A DNA stretch of 64,000 nucleotides from Pseudomonadota bacterium (GCA_034439715.1 JAWXAY010000033.1:1-64000); one strand, 5' to 3'. Counted from the stretch's first letter, positions 17,375-26,594 are shown. Program-made: numbers and translations. Notes: generated from the letters alone by a model not told the origin.

Positions 17375-19269
17375 AAACCAAATTTTTTCGGATCTTCATT
17401 TATCATCATTGCCGAAATAAGCTTGGGAACATATTCGCGAGTCTCGCAAGACATCATGTGGAACTCATGTAAAAACCAATAATCGGGAGACTGTTCGCCC
17501 CACTTTTCTGCTAAATCCCACCAGTCGTCGCCCTTGCTTGTTTTGAGATTCCCAAATTTATTGTTGATTCGTTCGTGGGCTAAGTCGGGTTTTTTGACTA
17601 AAGGTTTATTTTTGAAGTTTTGCTTAAAGAACGCATCATACTTATCGACACTTACAATATTTCGAATATAGGAATAAATCCCACCCGCGCCATTGTTGTA
17701 GGCGGCAAAAGCAAGCTTGTAGTCGGCTTTAATAAAATATTTTAATAGAAAATCAAAGTAATTTATTGCCGCTGTCGAGGCTTTCATAAAATCCCCTCGC
17801 TCATCGCGGGTGTCGGCCTCCCCGTTAACCAGTGCAAAAGTTTTTAGTCCACGTTCACGGCCAGTTGCTCGCATGAATTGCCAGGGTCCCACGGCACCAG
17901 AACTGCTGACTTCAATTATCGGAGTAGGCTTAAAAAAACGTGGCGACTCGACGAGTGTCGTAAAAAAGAAGTTTGCCGGAACGTCCAAAGTTTCAAACTG
18001 ATTTTTTATTTTTTCGAAGTATACTTTCGAAGCTTTAAAAAATCGAACAAGAGACGGCTTATAGTTTATCTCGGCTGAATCTCTCCTAAAGCAGTGCGGA
18101 ATCGAAATTTTATTTCCTTGCCAACGCTGTATCCATTTTTGTGTTATTTGGTGGCCATAAGTTTCTTCAGGAGTAAAAGTCAGCGCCGAAGAATTTTTTA
18201 TGGGAAACTCCAATGGAGGAAAGTCGCGACTGAATTGCTCATTAATAAGAGAAGTCCTAGGTTTCTGTAAATTGATACTGATAAAAGCATTATTGTTAAT
18301 GGCGGGTGCCATTCGGGGATTGACCGATAGATCGGGCTGCAGCAAAGGCTTTTTCGCTGGTTCTATATTTTTACCGTTAAAATCCACAAAAAGGTCAAAA
18401 TAATTTTCGGTGTCGGGAATTTCAAATCTAATGGCGACTTGTCCGTTTTGGGTATTTCCAATGAGTTTTAAACTTTGAAAAGGCAAGAAGTGAGTGCCAC
18501 AAGTGATATTTACTTGAGGCAGCGGCTGCCCCGTAAGGTCTGTGTTCTGCAGCTCTCCTTCAAGACAAATTTTTTGATTCGAGTTGATCGCGAGCTCTAT
18601 TTTAAAGATTGACCTTCCCATAGAAATTTCAGAAGCAAATGCACTTACTGCTGTAGAAGCTGTAAACTTCTCTATAAAAATCGGAAGCAACGGATGAGTC
18701 AGCAAAAACTTGTCAAGCAATTCTAATGTACTGGCTTGATTTAAAAAGAGTAAGCGTGCTTTAGCCGTGACGTTTCTCATGGTAAACGAGGTCGAAGCGC
18801 CGTCGGCTTTTAACACTCCCACATATGTTTGGCATTCAGTCGTAGAACAGAAGACTTTTAGAGTGGATTGACTGTTTAATGCTTTGAGATCAACAACGAC
18901 TTTATTTGAAGTCGGTGCCTCACCTGAAAAAATGAATTCATCATTAGGGTTTTCAAGACTTACCCTGATAGTCATATTTTCGGGGACCGCATCGGTGTCA
19001 GGTCCAATATCAACACTAACAACTCTCGAAGTGAGTATTTTATCTGATACTGATTTAGGGTTCGAAGCTGCTTTTGCGGCAGAAAGTGCCTTGTCAGAAC
19101 CGTTCGAGGCCCGGGTATAAACGCGAGAGTTTTTAGGAGAGGTACCACCTGTTAGTTCCGTCGAGTCGAAAACTTCGGGATTAAAATCGCCAAATTCCGA
19201 TTTTCCACATGAGCTTAAAATCAGCGCGGCCAAACTAGTAAAAATTAAATTTTTAAATAAATTCACCAC
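17371..19269 (-). CDS. Lipoprotein lytic transglycosylase (MltD-like SLT domain at C-terminus)
   Basis: Lipobox LILSSC; SLT motifs TLVES, AVGPWQFM, AAYNNG, ETREYVPK; no LysM seen. Confidence 0.82.
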   Translation of the reverse strand: MVNLFKNLIFTSLAALILSSCGKSEFGDFNPEVFDSTELTGGTSPKNSRVYTRASNGSDKALSAAKAASNPKSVSDKILTSRVVSVDIGPDTDAVPENMTIRVSLENPNDEFIFSGEAPTSNKVVVDLKALNSQSTLKVFCSTTECQTYVGVLKADGASTSFTMRNVTAKARLLFLNQASTLELLDKFLLTHPLLPIFIEKFTASTAVSAFASEISMGRSIFKIELAINSNQKICLEGELQNTDLTGQPLPQVNITCGTHFLPFQSLKLIGNTQNGQVAIRFEIPDTENYFDLFVDFNGKNIEPAKKPLLQPDLSVNPRMAPAINNNAFISINLQKPRTSLINEQFSRDFPPLEFPIKNSSALTFTPEETYGHQITQKWIQRWQGNKISIPHCFRRDSAEINYKPSLVRFFKASKVYFEKIKNQFETLDVPANFFFTTLVESPRFFKPTPIIEVSSSGAVGPWQFMRATGRERGLKTFALVNGEADTRDERGDFMKASTAAINYFDFLLKYFIKADYKLAFAAYNNGAGGIYSYIRNIVSVDKYDAFFKQNFKNKPLVKKPDLAHERINNKFGNLKTSKGDDWWDLAEKWGEQSPDYWFLHEFHMMSCETREYVPKLISAMMINEDPKKFGF

Positions 19270-19297
19270 GAATTACCCCAAGGTTAATGGGATTAAG

Positions 19298-19340
19298 AGC
19301 AATCCCGAAGCCAGTAAAAACAGAGCGTAAGTCACTGAAA
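19298..19340 (-). promoter_or_regulatory. Sigma54 promoter with adjacent IHF-like site
   Basis: Minus strand CTGGCTTCGGGATTGCT (19314-19298; GG-N10-GC); TTTCAG-TGAC-TTA at 19340-19328. Confidence 0.6.
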
Positions 19341-19498
19341 TATCAAAAAAATTGACGATTCTCTTGTAAATCCTTCAATAATCAGGACGACAATTGTTTT
19401 TAAGCGAATTTCACCGGTTTATATTCGGGGCAACAGCTTGACTGAAATCATGAGTCCTGTGACAGTAAAAGCCTGAAATTTTTACAAAAAGGCCTGCC

Positions 19499-20587
19499 GT
19501 GCTCAAGACTACTGCTTTAAAAGAAGAACACCAAAAAATGGGCGCCAAGATGGTAGAGTTTGCCGGCTGGCTCATGCCCATCCAATATGAAGGGGTTGGC
19601 CCCGAACATAAGAACACTCGTGAAAATATCGGGGTATTTGACGTTTCTCATATGGGCGAGATTTTAGTATCCGGTCCCCGAGCGCTCGAAACTTTGCAAT
19701 GGACAACTACCAATGATGTCTCGAAGCTCCTAAAAGGTCAGGCGCAGTATTCACTTTTTCCAAACGCCAAAGGGGGCATTGTTGATGACCTCATTGTTTA
19801 CTGCTTAGAGCCCGCTAATAGTTATCTCTTATGTGTTAATGCCTCTAATACCAACAAAGATTTCAAATTTCTTCTTGATAACAATCGCGGCGCAAAGCTT
19901 GAAAATCAGAGTGATCAGTGGGCTCAAGTCGCCTTACAGGGACCCAAAGCTTTACAACTTGCGAATGAGCTACTTGGTGAGGATTTTGCTATACTCCCGA
20001 GTTTCAATTTTAAAGAAGTAAAATTTAAGGGCAACACATGTTTTGTCGCGCGTACGGGGTATACTGGCGAAGATGGTGTTGAGATTTTCATTCCTTGGAA
20101 ATTATCAATAGATTTTTGGCAAAAAACATTTGAGATGGGGACGAAACTGGGTGCGAAGCCTGTGGGCTTGGCTGCGCGCGACACTTTGCGAGTAGAAATG
20201 AAGTATCCTCTATACGGTCAAGAAATCGACGACGACACTAATCCCTATGAGGCTGGCTTGGGCTGGGTAGTAAAACCACAGGCTAAAGATTTTTTGGGCA
20301 AAGATAAAATGCTGTTAGGTAAAGAGGCAGGATTAAAACGAAAATTGATCGGTTTTAAACTTTTAGAGCGGGGAGTTCCACGCGGGGGTTACGCCTTGTT
20401 TTCATTTGACAATCGCGAAATCGGCAAGGTAACAAGTGGGACTATGTCGCCGTCTTTGGGTGAGGGAATTGGCGTTGGTTATGTTGATATTAATTACGCC
20501 AAAGAGGGCACAGAGATTTTATTGGATATTCGGGGCAAAAAATTTAAAGCGAGAGTTGTTAAAACCCCATTTGTGACGAAGAACTAA
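19499..20587 (+). CDS. gcvT: Glycine cleavage system T protein
   Basis: FAGWLMPIQY, FDVSHMGE, ARTGYTGEDG, GLAARDTLR. Confidence 0.97.
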   Translation: MLKTTALKEEHQKMGAKMVEFAGWLMPIQYEGVGPEHKNTRENIGVFDVSHMGEILVSGPRALETLQWTTTNDVSKLLKGQAQYSLFPNAKGGIVDDLIVYCLEPANSYLLCVNASNTNKDFKFLLDNNRGAKLENQSDQWAQVALQGPKALQLANELLGEDFAILPSFNFKEVKFKGNTCFVARTGYTGEDGVEIFIPWKLSIDFWQKTFEMGTKLGAKPVGLAARDTLRVEMKYPLYGQEIDDDTNPYEAGLGWVVKPQAKDFLGKDKMLLGKEAGLKRKLIGFKLLERGVPRGGYALFSFDNREIGKVTSGTMSPSLGEGIGVGYVDINYAKEGTEILLDIRGKKFKARVVKTPFVTKN

Positions 20588-20599
20588 GGAGTCAAAGAG

Positions 20600-20986
20600 A
20601 TGGCATTTCAAGTTCCTGAGGAATTTTATTATACAAAAGATCATGAGTGGGCTCAAGTGGATGAGAATATTGTGACGGTGGGAGTTACTGATTATGCCCA
20701 GGATGCTTTGGGTGAAATAGTTTACGTTGAACTTCCTGAAGAAGGACAAAAAGTAAGTCAAAATGAAAAATTTGGTGTTGTAGAGAGTGTTAAAAGTGTC
20801 AGTGAGCTTTACTCGCCAGTCTCTGGAACGGTTATTGAGATCAACAATGCTCTCAACGACAATCCAGGAGTGATGAATGATGATCCTATGAATGAAGGTT
20901 GGCTAATTCGAATTGAAATGGACACCGAAAAAGAGTTGGCTGTCCTGATGAAAGCACCGGATTATCGTAAGCTGACAGAGAAATAA
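20600..20986 (+). CDS. gcvH: Glycine cleavage system H protein
   Basis: YTKDHEW, GVTDYAQ, lipoyl motif VESVKSVSELYSP. Confidence 0.97.
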   Translation: MAFQVPEEFYYTKDHEWAQVDENIVTVGVTDYAQDALGEIVYVELPEEGQKVSQNEKFGVVESVKSVSELYSPVSGTVIEINNALNDNPGVMNDDPMNEGWLIRIEMDTEKELAVLMKAPDYRKLTEK

Positions 20987-20994
20987 AACCTAAT

Positions 20995-21079
20995 GCCCGG
21001 GTGGTGGAATTGGCAGACACGCTAGACTTAGGATCTAGTGCCGCAAGGTGTGCAGGTTCAAGTCCTGTCCCGGGTACCA
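20995..21079 (+). tRNA. tRNA-Leu (anticodon TAG)
   Basis: GCCCGGG/CCCGGGT acceptor stem, D-loop GGAATTGGCAGAC, anticodon arm CTAGA-CTTAGGA-TCTAG, long variable arm, GGTTCAAGTCC, encoded CCA. Confidence 0.96.
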
Positions 21080-21226
21080 CTTATCAAAGTTGGTCGAAAA
21101 AGCACCTCTAAAAAAATTTAAAACGATGGTTTTAGTATTAGAAGGCCTTCAAAAGTAACCAACCCATTAGGCAGGCAATCTATTAATCGACGCTTAATCG
21201 GGTATTGGGTGAGCGCTATTGATTTG

Positions 21227-21658
21227 TCAGCTTGCCAAATCTTTAATTTTTAAGATCGGATCTAAATCTTCATCGATTGCTCTAAGAAGCTCTGCGAGTT
21301 TATCGAGAGATGGCAAAACTTTCCCCTGTTCATACCGTCCATAGGCATTGGGTGACTTCGAATGTAGACGTTTAGCCACTTCCATTAGAGTAAGCCCGCT
21401 TATGGCCCGCTGTCGACGCAGTAAAAGCCCTATTAATAATCGCTGTTCATTGGCTGAAACACTAAAACTGAGATCACCCAAAGGCTCAATCACCACAGCG
21501 AACCCTTTCTCATCCACGACTGTCTCAATGGCGTCCTTTGCCATAAGATAGGCGTCTTTTTTACTTTTACCTTGAGTAAAAATTCCAATGGCAGGTATTT
21601 CAATGGCCCAAATTTTTTCTTTCGAACTCGGTTTTTTCAAAAATCCCTCTAATTTCAT
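21227..21658 (-). CDS. hicB: HicB antitoxin with C-terminal XRE HTH
   Basis: WAIEIPAIGIFTQGKSKKDAYLMAKDAI HicB core; LTLMEVAKRL...YGRYEQG HTH; overlaps hicA stop. Confidence 0.85.
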   Translation of the reverse strand: MKLEGFLKKPSSKEKIWAIEIPAIGIFTQGKSKKDAYLMAKDAIETVVDEKGFAVVIEPLGDLSFSVSANEQRLLIGLLLRRQRAISGLTLMEVAKRLHSKSPNAYGRYEQGKVLPSLDKLAELLRAIDEDLDPILKIKDLAS

Positions 21659-21846
21659 TTTGAACCTCTTATTTTATTGTACTGTTCCACTTCTTTAAGA
21701 ATTCCCTTTGCCGTGTATTCATTAATTTCTCTGTGTCTTGGCACAGCAACGGCATTAATACCGTCAGTCCATTTATCGTGTTTAGACCCTGTGATTTGCC
21801 ACCAGCCCAGCTGCTTTAGTTTTCGTTCCAGATCTCGACGCTTCAC
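21655..21846 (-). CDS. hicA: HicA toxin
   Basis: 63 aa, MKRRDLERKLKQLGW, GSKH, VPRHREI...AKGIL. Confidence 0.9.
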   Translation of the reverse strand: MKRRDLERKLKQLGWWQITGSKHDKWTDGINAVAVPRHREINEYTAKGILKEVEQYNKIRGSK

Positions 21847-21852
21847 AAATCC

Positions 21853-21876
21853 ATTTTACACATAAATGTGTAAAAT
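21853..21876. promoter_or_regulatory. Probable HicB operator palindrome
   Basis: Perfect inverted repeat ATTTTACACAT-AA-ATGTGTAAAAT just upstream of hicA. Confidence 0.7.
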
Positions 21877-22016
21877 AAGCAAGTGATATTTAGCGCAGGA
21901 ATCATCTAGAGGAAGGAAGCTATAATAATCTCAAAATAAGATTTTTACTTTTAAAGCAAACCCAGTCGATTTCCCGAATTCAATAGGTAAGTGCAACTCC
22001 AGCCGATAAAGAGAGT

Positions 22017-22805
22017 ATGGCGTTAAAAAATCAGGGTTTTTCACTTGTAAGCGTAATGGTGGCCGCTGGCTTGGGTCTAATAGTAATGACGGCAGTTACT
22101 CAACAATTTGTTAACCAGATTCGCATGACTCATTACCTCGAAGCTAAAATGGAGGCGAATCAATTTAAACATGAGCTTACATTGATGCTAGAAAAAAAAT
22201 AAATTGCGACGTTAGTTTTGGTGGTTTGAATTTGAGTTTCGTAAGTGGCGCCGGAGGAGACAATGCTAATATTACCTCTTTAATTAATACCCCCCCCAAC
22301 AAATCCACTTAATGTTTTAAAAATAAGTTATGGAAACAACAATAGGCTTATCAATGTAACTGAAGTTAATCTTTTTAGACCGACTCTCAAGTTAAACGGA
22401 GCACCTAATGATGGCTTAGTACCTCCAGGCGAATACGAAATGAAACTAAAGATGACCGTCCAAGAAAGAGGCGGAACGAATAGGAGTTTTCCAGTTGACG
22501 GACCGACAGTGGTATTGAGCGTTACAGGAACAATCGTTGATGTGGATGCTTGCGTTCTCGCGACTGCGGTCGCTGAGATGTGTACCGCACTAGGCGGTAC
22601 AATGAGCGGCGCTAATTGTACCTTGCCAACAGTTCCGCCGTTTGTGCCAATGTACCAATGCATATTTGGTGGAGGCTCCTGTTCGACATGTAGAGGTCAG
22701 GTCAGTACTACCCCAATATCTTGCATATATGGTAGAGACAGCAGTGGCCAGGGCACAGGGAGTTTTTGCTCAGGGCCCACCATTTCTTGCCCCAGAATAA
22801 ACTAA
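22017..22805 (+). pseudogene. Type IV pilin-like gene interrupted by two compensating homopolymer frameshifts
   Basis: Class III leader KNQG/FSLVSVMV; ORFs 22017-22202 and 22440-22805 share a frame; A8 (22192-22199) to A9 plus C8 (22290-22297) to C7 gives one 262-aa ORF. Confidence 0.75.
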
Positions 22806-22829
22806 AGTTTTACGTAGAGCTCGACGTTT

Positions 22830-23562
22830 GCATAGGAACTAGCTATCTGTCTAAAATAAAACGCTCATGTCGGTTAAATTTGCTTTGGTATGGCGACGAA
22901 GTCAGGAATGTCAGATACTCCGCCGGCATAGTTCCGCTGCTCATTGAAGGAAAAAACACTGGTTTGTTCATTAGTTTAGAATTCTTCAGATTAGCATTTC
23001 AAGATAGTAGGTAAATTATGTTTTTATAGGCTTTATTAGGTGAAAACTGACTGCCTAGGACTCGGATCTCCCCATTTTTGATAACACCTGCCCCCCGAGC
23101 CAAAATTTTGGCCAAAAGCCCCGAAAAATCCTGCTAATTTATTTAGTGAAACTCAAAGCCCATCTGCGGAGGGGCGCGGGCAGGGTGGAGTGCCGGCGGC
23201 GAGGTCTCAAGGCCCAAGTGCGTGAGTATCTTCTCGATGATTTTTTTTTCGAGAATGGCCGCAATAATCTTGGCGTCACCCCCGCAGTTGCCGCAAGTGG
23301 TGACATCGATCTGAAAGACCCGCTTCATGAGCCTACCCCAAGAGATCTGTCTGGCCGAGGCGGGTGGTTTGGGTTCAGTTTTATCTAAAACGTCATTGGG
23401 AGTTTTATTTTTGACCACAATTTTGGGTCGAGCCTTCGAGTTCGGAGCAAATACTCCGTGGTAACGGATGATGTGCATGCGGGGCGGTGGCACAAGGCTA
23501 GCTAGTTTTTCGATAAAATCCTGTCGCCCCGACCATGTACAAACTCCGGGTTTTATTAACAA
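22830..23562 (-). mobile_element. IS91/ISCR-family transposase 3' remnant with candidate oriIS
   Basis: ORF 23143-23562: LASLVPPPRMHIIRYHGVFAPN, WGRLMKRVFQIDVTTCGNCGG..KILTHLGL; no N-terminal part; minus-strand TTCCTATGC at 22838-22830. Confidence 0.7.
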
Positions 23563-23594
23563 CAGGCCGTTGGAAACAGTTTCAGTAACTAAAT

Positions 23595-23624
23595 AAAAAA
23601 GGCCGAAGATTATTCGGCCTTTTT
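23595..23624. terminator. Bidirectional intrinsic terminator
   Basis: AAAAAAGGCCGAA-GATTA-TTCGGCCTTTTT, 21 bp after the stop of 23646-24284. Confidence 0.85.
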
Positions 23625-23645
23625 GAAAGATAATTTAAAACTATA

Positions 23646-24284
23646 TTAACGGGGAGTGAGTACGATGGTTGGCCCAATAAAAATATTTTTTGCCCGAATA
23701 TTAGTTTCGCTATCACCCGTTAGACAAAGCTTAATAGTGTGAATTCCAGCAGACAGTGTTTTAGCAAATTGCACCTGCCTTCCGTAGGGTCCCACATAAA
23801 CATAGTCCCAAGCTACTCGAGCATTATCCATTCTGACTTCAACCATTGCCGCATTGCCAACTCGACCTGGTAAATCGATTATATTGCGTTCTTTCAAGGT
23901 AGTATAGCTATATTCCTCATTCGACGGATTCCAGTAGGTTAAGACTTGTGCATAATCTCCTAGACCAAACAGACCTGCCCGAACCCATAGTTTTCCGTCG
24001 TACGTGCCACCTTTAATGAACATACTGGTAGAGATGCAGCTATCGCCCAATTTATCTCCCGTCACTATTACGTATCCCTTATATGCTACTTGTTTATTAT
24101 AGTTATTATAGCGACCACCACCAAGCGTAGCTGTATTGATGACGACTACTGGAGGTTTGACTATTGGAGTATTGACTACTGGACGACTGACTACTGAGTC
24201 TTTAGGTGGTATTCCCATGGCATTTGAAGTGAGTGAATAAGCTACTATAGAAAGATAAATTATACTTTTGATCCCTTTAAACAT
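23646..24284 (-). CDS. Secreted hypothetical protein (Pro/Val linker plus beta-rich domain)
   Basis: Signal peptide ending LTSNA; SD GGAGG; own promoter and terminator. Confidence 0.75.
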   Translation of the reverse strand: MFKGIKSIIYLSIVAYSLTSNAMGIPPKDSVVSRPVVNTPIVKPPVVVINTATLGGGRYNNYNKQVAYKGYVIVTGDKLGDSCISTSMFIKGGTYDGKLWVRAGLFGLGDYAQVLTYWNPSNEEYSYTTLKERNIIDLPGRVGNAAMVEVRMDNARVAWDYVYVGPYGRQVQFAKTLSAGIHTIKLCLTGDSETNIRAKNIFIGPTIVLTPR

Positions 24285-24383
24285 TTTCCCGCCCCTCCGG
24301 TTAATCAGGCTTCATTATTTATGCCTGCATGTGATTAAATACGAGAATATAAACAAACTGGATTCCCGCTATGCAATTATGTC

Positions 24384-24447
24384 GCAATCGGGGTGCCAAT
24401 AAAATAGTTGTCTCAAATCAATAATATAGTTTTAAATCAGATGCTTG
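24384..24447 (-). promoter_or_regulatory. Sigma54 promoter plus IHF site
   Basis: Minus strand TTGGCACCCCGATTGC (24399-24384) matches TGGCAC-N5-TTGC exactly; AATCAG-ATGC-TTG at 24435-24447 matches WATCAR-N4-TTR. Confidence 0.75.
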
Positions 24448-24942
24448 TATCGTTGATTCAAACTGAGAATTGACTAGTTTTTTTTACATCAGAGTGATCA
24501 CTTTGACGGGAGAATATGTTTTATACACTGGTAGCAATGGTAGGCGGGAAGCCATATTGATCGAACAAGGGGTCGCGTCTCTATTCTGGTGGAAATTTTT
24601 TTGTTAAAAATTCCTTAGCAGATATGAACTGCAGAATTACGTCCGATATGGCAAAGGAGTTTAATTCTATTGTAGAATATTACCTGAAGAATGAGTATCT
24701 GCAATGTACCGAATAAACAGTGAAAAGTACATTCGAGCCGAAAAAGTGGAATCTATGGATTATCCAAAAAATAGCCAGAGCTTAAAAAGTCTTCTTGCAA
24801 ATTCACAATTCAAAGAAATGCTAAAGCTCGCCGCCGTGGTTTTTCATTATGTTTTTAGAAATACTTAGTCCTAGGCCGGAATTCATGGCGGAGAAGTAGC
24901 ACGACAAGTAGCATTTTTGCAACGTGATTACAATTTAACTTA

Positions 24943-26427
24943 CTAATTGAAATAATATCTTGTCGATGGTCCCGCACCTTTGCAAATCAAGCGCCCTTCA
25001 TTGACGAGCCTTTGTAATTTTCTGTTCACTGTGCGGTGGGGAATATCCAAAAGTTTCGCAGCCACCGCCGCCGAAAATCCCTCACCCATAGGAAGTCGCT
25101 TTTTGAGTTGCTCGACAACGTCTAAAGACAGATCGCTTTGAGATTGAAGGGACACTTCAATGCCATACGGCTTAGTAATATACAATCGGTAGCCGCTAGG
25201 CTGGTGACGAACTTCGACCGGAATTTTTAATTTATTAAACCATTGTGAGAGGCGCGCCAGGGCAAAATATACTCTGTTGTTCGAAGACTGTGGATGAAAG
25301 TGTTCCTCCGGAAAAAGAAAATTGAAGAGAGTTTCAGTTCTAAATGGGACGTAAAAATCAGAAGCTAAGGTATGAAATAGCCTATGAAGGAGATGCCCCG
25401 TTTTTAACTTCTCGCCGGAGCGGAATTCGAGCCCGATATTAGCGTTGATTTTTTCTTTGGGAGAAATTTTGGCTTCCATGGGATTCCAAAGATAAGTTTC
25501 GGGTAAAACAATCTTATCGTTATATATTGCCTTAAGCCGCGTACGAAAGGCATCGAAGGGAGTGCCGAAATAAACCTTCATAAACAATTCATCATTTCTT
25601 GTAAATAGAGCTTCATAAAAATCGCACTCACGTACGGTCTTCCAATGATCGAGTTCGACCGCATTTAATTTCACCTGCCGCAGTTTCAAGAGTGAGTTTT
25701 TGCCACCGGTCAAACCCATATTAGCAATAGTCAGCCATTTTTCGACCACCAGCTGATTTTTGAGCGAAGCATTCTTTAGAAGGATGGCGGCGCTCTCGAG
25801 AAACTTGGCGCCCATTTGAAAATCGGACTGTTTAACCAGCGCTTGCCCTCTTAATTCTAAGCCTCTGCCCAATAAGAACTTGAAATTATTTTTTTTTGCA
25901 TAGGCTTCAATATCATTTAAATTGCGAAAGGACTGTGTATATTTTTGCTCAGCTAAATAGGCTTCTACTAAATATACTTTGCCCATAAATCTTTCATAGA
26001 CAGAAATCTGTGGGTTCTCAGAAAAACTCTGCAATAGTGGAATAGCCTTTGCGTATTCAAAGCGGTTGAAGAGCGTCAGAGCGTGGTAAAGCTCTACCAT
26101 GGGGGCTGCTTTGACACTCACTTCTTTAAAAATGTTGAGAGCATCATTGTAGGCTCCAATTTGATTGAGGGCTGAGCCGTACTCGGCGAGTTCAATATTG
26201 GTTGGACTGCGACCGAGGGTGTCCTCGGGGTACACCACCGGATCAAGTAGCGCTATGGCCTTTTTTGGCAAACCGCACCGATTCAAGATTTTCACAGTGA
26301 ATCCCAGTAGGGAATCAGGAACATGCTTCGCTTTTAAATCGCGAAGGGTCTCTTTTACGCTCTTTGCATGACCCGATTTGATACTCGAATCGAGAGTTTC
26401 TAAAAGTGAGACGTTTATTCTTGCCAT
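24943..26427 (-). CDS. TPR-like repeat protein with C-terminal winged-HTH (putative regulator)
   Basis: Helical TPR-like segments (AEYGSALNQIGAYNDALNIF; LYHALTLFNRFEYAKAIPLL); C-terminal AAKLLDIPHRTVNRKLQRLVNEGRLICKGAGPSTRY. Confidence 0.7.
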   Translation of the reverse strand: MARINVSLLETLDSSIKSGHAKSVKETLRDLKAKHVPDSLLGFTVKILNRCGLPKKAIALLDPVVYPEDTLGRSPTNIELAEYGSALNQIGAYNDALNIFKEVSVKAAPMVELYHALTLFNRFEYAKAIPLLQSFSENPQISVYERFMGKVYLVEAYLAEQKYTQSFRNLNDIEAYAKKNNFKFLLGRGLELRGQALVKQSDFQMGAKFLESAAILLKNASLKNQLVVEKWLTIANMGLTGGKNSLLKLRQVKLNAVELDHWKTVRECDFYEALFTRNDELFMKVYFGTPFDAFRTRLKAIYNDKIVLPETYLWNPMEAKISPKEKINANIGLEFRSGEKLKTGHLLHRLFHTLASDFYVPFRTETLFNFLFPEEHFHPQSSNNRVYFALARLSQWFNKLKIPVEVRHQPSGYRLYITKPYGIEVSLQSQSDLSLDVVEQLKKRLPMGEGFSAAVAAKLLDIPHRTVNRKLQRLVNEGRLICKGAGPSTRYYFN

Positions 26428-26558
26428 AGGTAAACTCTTATCGGCAATCGCGCCAAAACATAAGTTTAATTATTTGGCGCAATTTAGTATTCTGTTATCA
26501 GAAGAGACCAAGCATCTGCTTCTAGTGTATCTGGCTAGTAGCCTTTTACATGCCCTCC

Positions 26559-26594
26559 GGCCCTACTTCTCACACAAGTAGGGCCTCTTTTTTT
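26559..26594 (+). terminator. Intrinsic terminator-like hairpin (T-tract on + strand)
   Basis: GGCCCTACTT-CTCACAC-AAGTAGGGCC-TC-TTTTTTT. Confidence 0.7.

Noticed and set aside
19380..19498. Glycine riboswitch before gcvT
   Set aside because: Conserved aptamer elements (GGAGA, CCGAAG, CTCTCAGG) not found
20886..21080. 64-aa minus-strand ORF
   Set aside because: Antisense of tRNA-Leu and gcvH
24886..24900. TGGCGGAGA as a tRNA 3'-end/att remnant
   Set aside because: No adjacent T-arm and no match to the tRNA-Leu 3' end
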